Source of the DNA: Candidatus Bathyarchaeota archaeon
Lineage (GTDB): Archaea; Thermoproteota; Bathyarchaeia; 40CM-2-53-6
Direction: 5' to 3'
Assembly (NCBI GenBank): GCA_963726255.1
Contig: CAVSBL010000002.1
Coordinates: 2,080,001 to 2,144,000, forward strand
DNA: 64,000 nucleotides
The position numbers and the translations under genes were made by a program. Below are positions 28,276-37,238 of this stretch, piece by piece (position 1 is the stretch's first letter; the number at the start of each line of letters is the position of its first letter). The notes below the pieces were generated by a model that worked only from the letters and a program-made list of their open reading frames with translations, was not told where the DNA came from and searched no databases.

Positions 28276-28932
28276 ATGCCGTTGAAGACTCTTCAGATTG
28301 TAATTCTCGGCGGCAGCGATGACGCAGTTCTTGTTGGGCTCAGAAGCTTTCCCGCTCACAAACTCATCCTCCTCGCATCCCCCGATCACGCAACGCAAGC
28401 AAATGCTCTTTCAGGAAAACTTACAGACACCTTGAAACTGGCTATCGATATTGTGCAACTGAAAGACGACAGAGTCTCTACTATGCTTGAGGCTGTGGGT
28501 CAGATCGTCCGCAAGGAATCCGAGAACTACGAGGATTTCCTCATAAACGTCGGCTCCGCGGGCAAACACTTAACTTGCGCTGGTGTCACCGCCGCATTCG
28601 TTTATGGAATCAAAGCATTCGACGTGATGGGCGAACAGCCGGAAGTCCTGCCGGTAATGAAATTCAGTTACATGCAAGCAGTCACTGAATCCAAATTGGA
28701 AATACTGCGAGCCATCGAGCGTTCAGGAGGGGAGGTCGAGAGCCTGGAGAGGCTCAGTGAAACGTCGAACTATGGAAAACCGCTGCTGAGCTATCATATT
28801 AGGGGTTCAGAAGACGGGCAGGGCTTGGAGGAACTAGGCCTTGTTGAGGTTGAACGCGGAAAACGCGGGAGGCTCAGGGTGAGGCTTACGGCGCTGGGGC
28901 GGATACTGCTGTCGGCTGGGCCAGTCAAGTAG
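28276..28932 (+). CDS. Putative regulator: CARF/Csa3-like (DUF6293-like) Rossmann domain plus winged helix
   Basis: N-terminal beta-alpha pattern with INVGSAGK; C-terminal wHTH (LLSYHIRG...LEELGLVEV...RLTALGR). Confidence 0.55.
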   Translation: MPLKTLQIVILGGSDDAVLVGLRSFPAHKLILLASPDHATQANALSGKLTDTLKLAIDIVQLKDDRVSTMLEAVGQIVRKESENYEDFLINVGSAGKHLTCAGVTAAFVYGIKAFDVMGEQPEVLPVMKFSYMQAVTESKLEILRAIERSGGEVESLERLSETSNYGKPLLSYHIRGSEDGQGLEELGLVEVERGKRGRLRVRLTALGRILLSAGPVK

Positions 28933-29116
28933 CTGGTTTGGCCTCTTTTGCGGGAGTGTTGTTCTTCTTCTTCTGCATAATCTTCAGCCTGCAGAATACC
29001 GGGTCGCCATCTTTAATCTCGAATATCTTGCGGATTTCTTCGGGTATGGTTATTCTCCCGCCTGCGGTCACTTCAGCGTAGAATGGAATATCCTCTTCTG
29101 CTAATTCTACTGGCAC
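28925..29116 (-). CDS. AbrB/SpoVT-family DNA-binding protein
   Basis: VTAGGRITIPEEIRKIFEIKDGD. Confidence 0.85.
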   Translation of the reverse strand: MPVELAEEDIPFYAEVTAGGRITIPEEIRKIFEIKDGDPVFCRLKIMQKKKNNTPAKEAKPAT

Positions 29117-29192
29117 TAAGAAGCCACCGGCTAATGCAGAGAACGCTCTTTGCTAAAAAGTGTTTTTGACGCGAAAAATCAAGAGGTTCACG

Positions 29193-29852
29193 CTAAACAA
29201 TGCTGCTCGGGCACCACTTGTTGACTGGGCATATGCTGCATCGTGGCCTCGGTGCCTTGCAAATCGCGCGGCCGAATTCGATAATGGACAAATGCAGGCT
29301 CACCCTGTTCTTCGGAGGAATCAACGCCTCCAACGAAGTTCGGGTCTTCTCATAATCGGCGTTGGCCGGGGCGATCCCAAGCCGTTTGGTGACGCGAGCA
29401 ATATGTGTGTCAACGGGAATCACCGGGTTCTTCGCAACGAATGCCAGAAGTATGTCCGCCGTCTTCGGCCCCACCCCCGGCATCTCCATCAACTTCTCTT
29501 TTGCTTCCGCATATGGGAGGTTGAGAATGGGTGCGAGCCTCCCGCCATACTCCTCCTCGACGATTCTTGAAACCTCCTTAATCCTTGGGGCCTTCGACGT
29601 ATACAAGCCTGCTGAGCGAATGAGAGGAATGAGCTCGCTGACCTTGACTCTCGAGAGGACCTTGGGTGTGATCCTGTAGCGTTTCCGAAGTTTCCTCATG
29701 GCTGCGCCGCTGTTTCGGTCATTCGTGTTCTGCGAGAGTATCGTGCCAACCAGGGTCTCAAAGGGAGACCCAGCCTTCCAGACCTTGACTGGAAACCGGC
29801 GTCCGATTAGCCTAAGCATCATGATTTGTGTCCGTGGGTTCGAGTGTTTCAT
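29193..29852 (-). CDS. nth: Endonuclease III
   Basis: ILSQNTND, HhH MPGVGPKTAD, VDTH, CKAPRPRCSICPVNKWC. Confidence 0.93.
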   Translation of the reverse strand: MKHSNPRTQIMMLRLIGRRFPVKVWKAGSPFETLVGTILSQNTNDRNSGAAMRKLRKRYRITPKVLSRVKVSELIPLIRSAGLYTSKAPRIKEVSRIVEEEYGGRLAPILNLPYAEAKEKLMEMPGVGPKTADILLAFVAKNPVIPVDTHIARVTKRLGIAPANADYEKTRTSLEALIPPKNRVSLHLSIIEFGRAICKAPRPRCSICPVNKWCPSSIV

Positions 29853-29950
29853 CGGAATAATTCCTAATTCTGGGACGCGCTATTTCGCTAAGTTTGAAGC
29901 ACACTTTAAAGCAAGCTATCTTCGTACCCTCTTGGAGAAGCTCCAGAGAT

Positions 29951-31321
29951 ATGCGCCCTTTCCTCCTGGTAGTCGTGCTGGCATTTGTCCTGGTGGCAAG
30001 TCTGCAGCCAAGTGCTTCGGCTCAGGGTAGCGTTCTCGTTGTAAGAATAAGCTCAGACATATCGAGCCCAACAGCGGAACTTGTTTCGCGCTCCATCTCG
30101 GAAGCGCAGGCGGGTGGTGCTCGGCTGATAGTCTACGAGCTGAACACGCCCGGCGGCGATCTGGCTTCCGTAACGGAGATTATGAACAGCTTCAACTCCT
30201 CCCCCATTCCGGTCGTAGTTTGGGTTACGCCCTCAGGGGCAGCCGCTTGGAGTGGCGGAACTTACATCCTCATGGCATCCCATATCGCAGTGATGGCGTC
30301 TGGGACCACTATCGGTTCGGCGCAACCCGTGACCTCTACGGGGGAGACCGTGAACGAAACCAAAATCATCAACGCCCTCACCGGCCTAATGCGGGACAAT
30401 GCTCGGCTGCATGACCGGAACGAAACAGTTGCTCAAGAATTCATAACCCAGAACATCAACCTTGGGCCTGAAGAGGCCTTAAGGGATCATGTGATAGAGT
30501 TTGCAGCTGACAGCTTGGACAGCTTGCTCTCACAACTTCAGCCGTATACTCTAGTTCTTTCAACCGGGGAGATGGGAACATCAGTTTGGAAACTCGTTTT
30601 GACCTCTTCACTCGGGACTGTTACCTATACGAGAAGTTACGATTTTTCGGGGCTCTCTCAGGCTGCGGCGTATAACTATCAGCCCGGCATCAGCATCGGG
30701 GTGCTGCAGTTTCTTTCTAATCCTCTGATCGCAACCGTTCTCTTCTTGGTAGGTATGTATGCGGTGATTATTGGTTTCAAAACGCCCGGTTATGGAGTTG
30801 AGATAGCTGGCGCACTGATGGTGTTCCTCGCTCTAGTTGGGTATGGAATTATCGGCATCAACATTGCTGCGGTTCTCCTATTCATCCTGGGCATCATCCT
30901 AACGCTGATTGAGATTAAGACGCATATCGGGATATTCGCTCTGGCCGGCATCGGAATAATCATTCTAGGCAGTTTCTTGATGTTCCCGCTTCCAGGCTGG
31001 GAATTACTCGCCGCGAAATCCGTAGAGTCCGCTAGGCAGACGTTGATCGCTGTCGCACTCGTAATGTCCGGCATCTTCGGCTTTGTCGTTTACAAGGTCG
31101 CGCAGGCAAGGCGGATGAGGGTGAAAATGGGCCCTGAGCGACTCATGGGGAAAACTGGCACCGCTGTTTCAGCTCTCGCACCAAGGGGTGAGGTTAGGGT
31201 GGAAGGGCAGACCTGGAGGGCGGAAACTCTCGGCGAAAATGTAAAGGAAGGAGAAGAAGTGGAAATCGTCAGCAGAGAGGGACTAATCTTAAGAGTCAAG
31301 CCGAAGCAAGCCCAGAAGTGA
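29951..31321 (+). CDS. nfeD: NfeD membrane-bound serine protease
   Basis: LNTPGG, AWSGGTYI, TTIGSAQPV, TM bundle, C-terminal OB domain; start MRPFLL preferred. Confidence 0.9.
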   Translation: MRPFLLVVVLAFVLVASLQPSASAQGSVLVVRISSDISSPTAELVSRSISEAQAGGARLIVYELNTPGGDLASVTEIMNSFNSSPIPVVVWVTPSGAAAWSGGTYILMASHIAVMASGTTIGSAQPVTSTGETVNETKIINALTGLMRDNARLHDRNETVAQEFITQNINLGPEEALRDHVIEFAADSLDSLLSQLQPYTLVLSTGEMGTSVWKLVLTSSLGTVTYTRSYDFSGLSQAAAYNYQPGISIGVLQFLSNPLIATVLFLVGMYAVIIGFKTPGYGVEIAGALMVFLALVGYGIIGINIAAVLLFILGIILTLIEIKTHIGIFALAGIGIIILGSFLMFPLPGWELLAAKSVESARQTLIAVALVMSGIFGFVVYKVAQARRMRVKMGPERLMGKTGTAVSALAPRGEVRVEGQTWRAETLGENVKEGEEVEIVSREGLILRVKPKQAQK

Positions 31322-32169
31322 AGGCCGGGTTAATGGCGTTAGAAGACCTGCTAACTCCTGAATTTATCGCTGGAATAATCCTCGTACTATTTGTTGTAAT
31401 CCTTGTGGCCTCGGGCATCAGAGTCATCAAGGAATGGGAACGCGCACCCGTTCTGCGCCTCGGACGTTTCACAGGTCTCAAAGGGCCGGGTATTTTCTAC
31501 ATCATTCCATTCGTAGATAAGATTCCGAACATTGTCTCTATGCGCATCCAAACAATTCCATTTCGCACCGAGCAGACCCTGACGAAGGACAATGTTCCCG
31601 TAAATGTCGATGCCATAATGTTCTTCCAAGCCGTTGATGTGGAAAGGGTGATCTTGAACGTCGAAAGGTACCTAGATGCAACAACCTGGGCTGCACAGAC
31701 GACGCTCAGAGAAGTCATGGGCAAGGTGAGCCTCGACGAGTTGCTCGCCGAACGTGAGAAGGTAGGAGTTGAGGCTCGAAATATTATCGACGAGAAGACG
31801 GAACACTGGGGAATCAAGGTAAGCTCCGTAGAGGTTAAGGACATAGCGATACCCCAAGCGTTGCAGGAAGCGATGTCGCGGCAAGCCTCCGCCGAGCGCG
31901 AGCGCAGGGCAAGAGTCACACTGGCCATGGCCGAATACGAGGCGGCACAGAAAATGGTCGACGCGGCGAACCTATACGAGAAGAACATCCGTGCTCTAGA
32001 ACTGCGTTGGATGAACATTCTCTACGAGCTCGGGCTGCAAAGCAAAGGGACCCTCATGCTCGTCCCGACAAACACCCCCACAGCCGGAGTTTCAATGGGG
32101 TTCCCACCGTTAGGCATAGCCAGCATCCGGGACATTACAAGAGATAAGAAAGATCAAAAGACCGATTAG
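31318..32169 (+). CDS. SPFH/stomatin (band 7) protein
   Basis: LRLGR...GPGIFYIIPFVD, TKDNVPVNVDA, AQTTLREV; canonical partner of nfeD. Confidence 0.95.
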   Translation: MKAGLMALEDLLTPEFIAGIILVLFVVILVASGIRVIKEWERAPVLRLGRFTGLKGPGIFYIIPFVDKIPNIVSMRIQTIPFRTEQTLTKDNVPVNVDAIMFFQAVDVERVILNVERYLDATTWAAQTTLREVMGKVSLDELLAEREKVGVEARNIIDEKTEHWGIKVSSVEVKDIAIPQALQEAMSRQASAERERRARVTLAMAEYEAAQKMVDAANLYEKNIRALELRWMNILYELGLQSKGTLMLVPTNTPTAGVSMGFPPLGIASIRDITRDKKDQKTD

Positions 32170-32267
32170 GTTCCGCTGTAGGTTGCAGGGGAACGTTCCC
32201 TCTTGGTTAGTTCTCGATGTCTGACAAGCCTGTCGGTTAGTCGTCCTCCTAATTGGTTGGTTGGCCG

Positions 32268-33239
32268 ATGAAAATACCACAAAGACTGCTGGATTGGCTA
32301 CTGGAACCAAATCAACCAGCCATACGCTGCAGCACATTAATGCATTTACTTGGTTATTCGAGAAATAGCGAAGACGTACGAGAAGCCTATTCCAAGATTC
32401 CGAACGTTGGATGGGCGCATGAAATTCTAGCCGGGCAAAGACCCGGAGGTTATTGGGAGTCACGAGAGGATCTTTATCGCCCCAAGTATACTGCGACAAT
32501 TTGGAAACTCATAGTTCTCGCCGACTTGGGGTTGACTGCTAAGGACGCTCGAATCCGAAAACCATGCGAATTTTTCCTGAACGAATACGCTCAACCAGAC
32601 GGCGGCTTCGACACGCCAAGCGAGTCGCCTAGAAGTGAACTGTGCATCGTGGGGAACCTGGCGAGGACACTTCTCCTCTGTGGGCACGGCGAAGACAAAC
32701 GTGTGCTCGCCGCGTTCGATTGGATAGTAGAAAACCAGATGGATGACGGCGGCTGGCATTGCTTCCCCGACAGGGCCCATGGGAGGGGCACCCTTGATTG
32801 CTGGGAAGGCCTGAGTGCGTTCGCTGCCCTCCCAAGGAGAAAGTGGACGCGGCGAATCAACCGTTCCGTTGAGAGAGGAGCCGAGTTCTATCTCGAACGG
32901 GGACTTTTCAGGGAAGGCCGCCGGCGATATTTGCCATGGTTCCGGTTCCATTACCCAGTCCACTACTACTATGATCTACTCGTAGGACTAGATGTCATCA
33001 CCTGCCTCGGCTATGCGGGTGACAAGCGGCTAAGGGCGGCCCTTCGAATATTGAAGGACAAACGCCGTCCAGATGGCACTTGGGCTCTCGACGCTGTCCA
33101 TCCGGACTTAGGGGTTGGTGCCGGTTATAGGTTCAAGAAGCGACCGAAACATTTTGCGCTAGAGAAGCAAGGAAAACCAAGCAAGTGGATTACATTAACT
33201 GCATTGCGCGTTCTAAAAAGAGTCGAGGAAGCGAATTAG
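32268..33239 (+). CDS. Prenyltransferase/squalene-cyclase-repeat protein
   Basis: QW-like repeats QRPGGYW, QPDGGF, QMDDGGW, RRPDGTW. Confidence 0.8.
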   Translation: MKIPQRLLDWLLEPNQPAIRCSTLMHLLGYSRNSEDVREAYSKIPNVGWAHEILAGQRPGGYWESREDLYRPKYTATIWKLIVLADLGLTAKDARIRKPCEFFLNEYAQPDGGFDTPSESPRSELCIVGNLARTLLLCGHGEDKRVLAAFDWIVENQMDDGGWHCFPDRAHGRGTLDCWEGLSAFAALPRRKWTRRINRSVERGAEFYLERGLFREGRRRYLPWFRFHYPVHYYYDLLVGLDVITCLGYAGDKRLRAALRILKDKRRPDGTWALDAVHPDLGVGAGYRFKKRPKHFALEKQGKPSKWITLTALRVLKRVEEAN

Positions 33240-33330
33240 AACTAACCGCAACAACTCTGTCTTGCAGAGAATTGCGTTCGACCACTGGAGAGTAGTACTT
33301 GCGGGTTGATACTCCGAATCGCTTCACTGT

Positions 33331-34221
33331 CTAGCGGTGTATCTCGGCCAGGCGAATTAGTTGGTTGATCCGGTAGCGAATTGGTGGGTGGCGGCTCGTA
33401 AGAGTTGAACCCGCACCAAGGATGGAGAGCGTCCCATAAGAGCGCAGGCTGCTTTTCGGAAATGCTTCGTAGATTTTCAATAGCGCAGAGGCAAGAGACA
33501 GTGGCTTGTTTGTGGTGAGGGCGGCAGTTTCATCAGCAACCATCTCCCTCTCCCTGTGGAAGGCCGCTTCCACCATCCGTATGAGTGGGTCCATGGGTAG
33601 CGCTGTCTTGTAAGCTGTAACCAGTGCCTTCAACATAGTATCTGAATTCTTTACATGCGCTAGCTCGTGCGCCAAAACAGCTTCGAGTTCATCTTTCTTC
33701 AAGAGCGAGAGGAGTCTTTCAGATATTACGACCAGTGGTCTATCCGCATCGACGGCGAAGGAGATTGGGGTGCTCATCTCTGAAAGTCGAAGTTCAGCGG
33801 CTGGTACTCCCATTGCTTTTCGTATTGCTTCGAAGGATTCTGCGATGTCACCGCGAGCTACCGTGAGGTTCGTTGCTTTCGCGAGGACAATTTTGGGTGA
33901 AATGTACCGCAGGGAGATTGCGAGCGGGAGTCCGGCGACAACTGCAATCAATACGGCGTTCCCGAAGACAGCCCTTACAGCTGCCTGGGGTTGCAATTCA
34001 TAGGTTTCCCCTGTGGCGTAACACAAGACGAGGCTGATTCCTACGAAAAGCCAAAGAACAATCGAAGAAGCCAACATGAGGCCGAGGCTCCAGGAACGTG
34101 CCCGCGAGCTGCTCGTCCTTCTGAAGAACGAGTAGAGTAACAGAATAATGGCGAGGGGGATTACTATCGACGCAAATGTTCTCCAGTCCGAAAAGTATGC
34201 GCCGTAGATTCCTAATTCCAT
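33331..34221 (-). CDS. M48/M56 (HtpX/BlaR-like) membrane zinc peptidase
   Basis: LAHELAH, REMVADE, SRHPPIRYRI. Confidence 0.88.
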   Translation of the reverse strand: MELGIYGAYFSDWRTFASIVIPLAIILLLYSFFRRTSSSRARSWSLGLMLASSIVLWLFVGISLVLCYATGETYELQPQAAVRAVFGNAVLIAVVAGLPLAISLRYISPKIVLAKATNLTVARGDIAESFEAIRKAMGVPAAELRLSEMSTPISFAVDADRPLVVISERLLSLLKKDELEAVLAHELAHVKNSDTMLKALVTAYKTALPMDPLIRMVEAAFHREREMVADETAALTTNKPLSLASALLKIYEAFPKSSLRSYGTLSILGAGSTLTSRHPPIRYRINQLIRLAEIHR

Positions 34222-34227
34222 TCAGGT

Positions 34228-34602
34228 TTACCTTCGGGCCTTGCTAACTTTCTTCTTGAGTTCAGCCGTGTCGTCCTTCGAAATTTGGTCGAGGCTATCA
34301 TAAATTGTGGGAACGACGGATGGCCCAAAGGCGCTGACGAGTTGATTCAGTGCTCTCTGAACTAGGCTAGCTCGCACCTCTGCAGGTGCTGCGTAAGAGT
34401 AAACATACTTGGCCCCGCCCCTCGCAACCATTTTGGAACGTTTCACTAACCCCTTCTTGTATAGGCGGCCCAGGACTGTGCTCACAGTTGTGTAAGCGAC
34501 CGGCCTCTGTGCGCCAATCTCCGACATAATCTCCCTTGCAGAAGCCTTTCCAAGCTTCTGAATCGCACCCAAGATTTCTGCCTGTAGGTCGCCCAGTGAC
34601 AT
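34228..34602 (-). CDS. BlaI/MecI/CopY family repressor
   Basis: LGDLQAEIL, VAYTTVSTVLGRLYKKGLV. Confidence 0.92.
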   Translation of the reverse strand: MSLGDLQAEILGAIQKLGKASAREIMSEIGAQRPVAYTTVSTVLGRLYKKGLVKRSKMVARGGAKYVYSYAAPAEVRASLVQRALNQLVSAFGPSVVPTIYDSLDQISKDDTAELKKKVSKARR

Positions 34603-34617
34603 TGTTCATCAGCAAGC

Positions 34618-34633
34618 TACTATGCTCGTAGTA
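34618..34633. promoter_or_regulatory. Candidate BlaI-type operator
   Basis: TACTA-N6-TAGTA inverted repeat 16 nt upstream of the repressor start. Confidence 0.5.
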
Positions 34634-34751
34634 ACTAAAAACAAGCGCAACCCCTGTTAAAGAGGTTTCTTCCTTCCTATCGGCCCTGCTCTAGGCGCGG
34701 CTGTTAGAAGAAAACCATAGTAGCCGCAATTGGTTTGCTAAGAGCGGAGGT

Positions 34752-35669
34752 TTGAACATGAGGTTCGGCGTCTGTATACCCAATTATGGGGAGACCACTT
34801 CCGTAGATGGTTTGCGAACGGTAGCTGTTGAAGCTGAAAGGATGGGCTACGATTCTGTCTGGACCACGGATCATCTACTCATGCCCACCCAGAGCGGGAC
34901 GCCTTACGAGAGAATTTTTGAAAGCGTCACCGGCCTAGCGTACCTTGCCTCAGTCACAAGCACCGTGAAGCTCGGTATCTCCTCGTTGATTATGGCGATG
35001 CGCAACCCCGCCGTTGTAGTCAAGCAACTTGCCACAATCGACCTTTTCAGCGGCGGCAGAGTCATGCTGGCCACAAGCGCGGGCTGGAACGAAAGCGAGT
35101 TTCAGCATTTAGGCTCAAACTTCCACGACAGGGGCAGACGGCTCGACGAATCAATCAAGCTCATCAGGGCGTTATGGAACAACGCCTCCGGTGCCAAGTT
35201 TGAAAGCAAGAAGATTCCACACAAGTTCACCAATCCAAAGTTCGAGCCTCGGCCAATTCAAAAGAGACTCACAATTTGGATCGCCGGAAACGGCAAAGCA
35301 GCAATGAAACGGGCAGCAACACTCGGAGATGCTTGGCACCCGAACGTCACGCCGCTCGATACATTCAGGAGCCTTGTCTCAGAATTTCGGAATATCCCTG
35401 AAGCGAAGGGCAAGGACATATGCGTCCGTATCGGCCTAAACCCGAAGGCAACAGAATCAGAATACGTAAGCCCCCAAGGGGAACGCAGGCTACTACTTTC
35501 AGGCAACATGGCTGAAAACAAGAACACGGTAACCGAACTTGAAAAGCTCGGAGTCACACATATGCTCGTCACCCCAAGCCCAGACGGAAAGGTGCCAATT
35601 CCAGATCAAGTGCTGAACTTAAGGGCCCTGTCAGAAGTCTTCATCAGAAAATCAAGTTACATCGGATAA
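34752..35669 (+). CDS. LLM-class (probably F420-dependent) oxidoreductase
   Basis: GYDSVWTTDH, MRNPAVVVKQLATID, SGGRV, IWIAGNG. Confidence 0.88.
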   Translation: MNMRFGVCIPNYGETTSVDGLRTVAVEAERMGYDSVWTTDHLLMPTQSGTPYERIFESVTGLAYLASVTSTVKLGISSLIMAMRNPAVVVKQLATIDLFSGGRVMLATSAGWNESEFQHLGSNFHDRGRRLDESIKLIRALWNNASGAKFESKKIPHKFTNPKFEPRPIQKRLTIWIAGNGKAAMKRAATLGDAWHPNVTPLDTFRSLVSEFRNIPEAKGKDICVRIGLNPKATESEYVSPQGERRLLLSGNMAENKNTVTELEKLGVTHMLVTPSPDGKVPIPDQVLNLRALSEVFIRKSSYIG

Positions 35670-35736
35670 ATGCGGTTTAGCTGTACAAGTGTTCTAGTTA
35701 ATGCTTAAATGCGGCATATCCGACTACGCATCGTAG

Positions 35737-36135
35737 TTGGTTTTCTTGAAGGCTCCTAGTATACTCGCCGTGCTAGTCTTGGTGGATGCGTTACTGATGG
35801 CTTACGGTCATGTCCCTATAATCCGCGCGATCTTCTTCTCTCTCCCGGTAGGGGGATACTTTCTCTTCGCCACCGTCGCGTATATCCTCGGCGGTATCTT
35901 CGTAGTGGCGAATAGGCTATTCAAATTATCAATTGTGGGGCTCGTGGTTTTGGCGGTAGTGGACAACCTGCTTCTCATCTACACGAGAACTATGCCCAAC
36001 ATCTTCTTCCATAGAATGATACCGTGGTCGTGGGATTGGGTCCCACTCGGCACAGTTCAAGTTCTGGTTGGGCAGGTTATCCTGATCGTGCTCTGCGCAA
36101 TCCTCTACAGAACAAGACGGTCATCCGCGAAGTGA
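35737..36135 (+). CDS. Membrane protein
   Basis: Four hydrophobic segments. Confidence 0.7.
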   Translation: MVFLKAPSILAVLVLVDALLMAYGHVPIIRAIFFSLPVGGYFLFATVAYILGGIFVVANRLFKLSIVGLVVLAVVDNLLLIYTRTMPNIFFHRMIPWSWDWVPLGTVQVLVGQVILIVLCAILYRTRRSSAK

Positions 36136-36233
36136 AGGCCCTACCTTCGACTTGAGCCCAGTCAAACTGGTCCATAGCTAATGACATTAATTCTCCTCGG
36201 AGTAACATGTTTTCCACACAAAACTACACCACC

Positions 36234-36286
36234 CCACCCCCCTCAGGGGTGGAGCCACCCGATGAGGGGTGGCACCATTTGGCACC
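36234..36286. repeat. Tandem CCACCC-N6/7-GGGTGG palindromes plus TGGCACCATTTGGCACC
   Basis: Palindromes at 36234-36252 and 36255-36272; the same motifs occur at 11064-11096. Confidence 0.6.
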
Positions 36287-36399
36287 CCCACTTCAGGCAG
36301 AATAACGCCGCAAAATCAACCCCGCTTGACTCAGAAAACTGCACCGCCCCCCTACCCACTTCCGCAAGCGTGCGCGCGATAATTCTGCGCAGCCTAGGT

Positions 36400-37236
36400 T
36401 TAGCTTGACTTTGTTATCTCTCGTTCGGCGATTGAGAGTGGCTTCCCAGTCGCCCCCTTTCTCCGCATTATTATTTCAGCCATCGTGCTAACAGCAATTT
36501 CACCGGGAGTTTCGGCACCAATATCCAAACCAATGGGTGTCACTACCCGTCGAAGCAAGTCCTCGGAGATCTTCTCTCTCCTCAACTTGCCCAGAATCGC
36601 TTTCGCCTTGGATTCGCTTGAAATCATTCCAATGTACGCCGCCTTTGACCCGATAACCGTCCTTAGGGCCAGCTCATCGAATTCGCCAGCATACGTCAAA
36701 ATTACCACATACGTATGCTCATCAATTGGAACTTCCCTCAACGCTTTCCCCCAGTCATCAACGATGAGCTTGTCCGCCTCCGGAAATCTTTCCTTGGTCG
36801 CGTATTCGACTCGGTCATCGACGACGATTACCCTGAACCCAAGCATTTTCCCCAGCGTAGCCATGGGCTGGGCGACGTGGCCTGCCCCGGCTAGGATCAG
36901 TGTTTCGCGGGCCGGGAAGACATTGATGAAGCAGGTTATGACGCCTGCGCAGACGGGCAGGGGCATCTTGACGGTTCGTGGTTTTCCATCTTTTATCGCT
37001 TGGATGGCTTGGTCGATTAGTTGCAGTTCAGCGATGGCTCCGCCGACAGTTCCAATCACCCTGCCCTCGCTAGTTACAAGCATTGAGGAACCGAGGTGGC
37101 GTGCGCTCGACCCTTCTTGGCCGATAATGGTTACCCATGCGAACGCCTTCGACGCTTCGATCAGCTTGTTGGCTTCTTGAACAATCTCCGCGTCCGACGC
37201 TATGGGTTGATGTTTCAACTCTTTTTCTTCTCCCAC
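36400..37236 (-). CDS. xdhC: XdhC/CoxI Moco maturation factor
   Basis: GTVGGA, VCAG, GAGHVA, YIGMIS, PIGLDIGAETPGEIAVS. Confidence 0.92.
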   Translation of the reverse strand: MGEEKELKHQPIASDAEIVQEANKLIEASKAFAWVTIIGQEGSSARHLGSSMLVTSEGRVIGTVGGAIAELQLIDQAIQAIKDGKPRTVKMPLPVCAGVITCFINVFPARETLILAGAGHVAQPMATLGKMLGFRVIVVDDRVEYATKERFPEADKLIVDDWGKALREVPIDEHTYVVILTYAGEFDELALRTVIGSKAAYIGMISSESKAKAILGKLRREKISEDLLRRVVTPIGLDIGAETPGEIAVSTMAEIIMRRKGATGKPLSIAEREITKSS

Positions 37237-37238
37237 GC

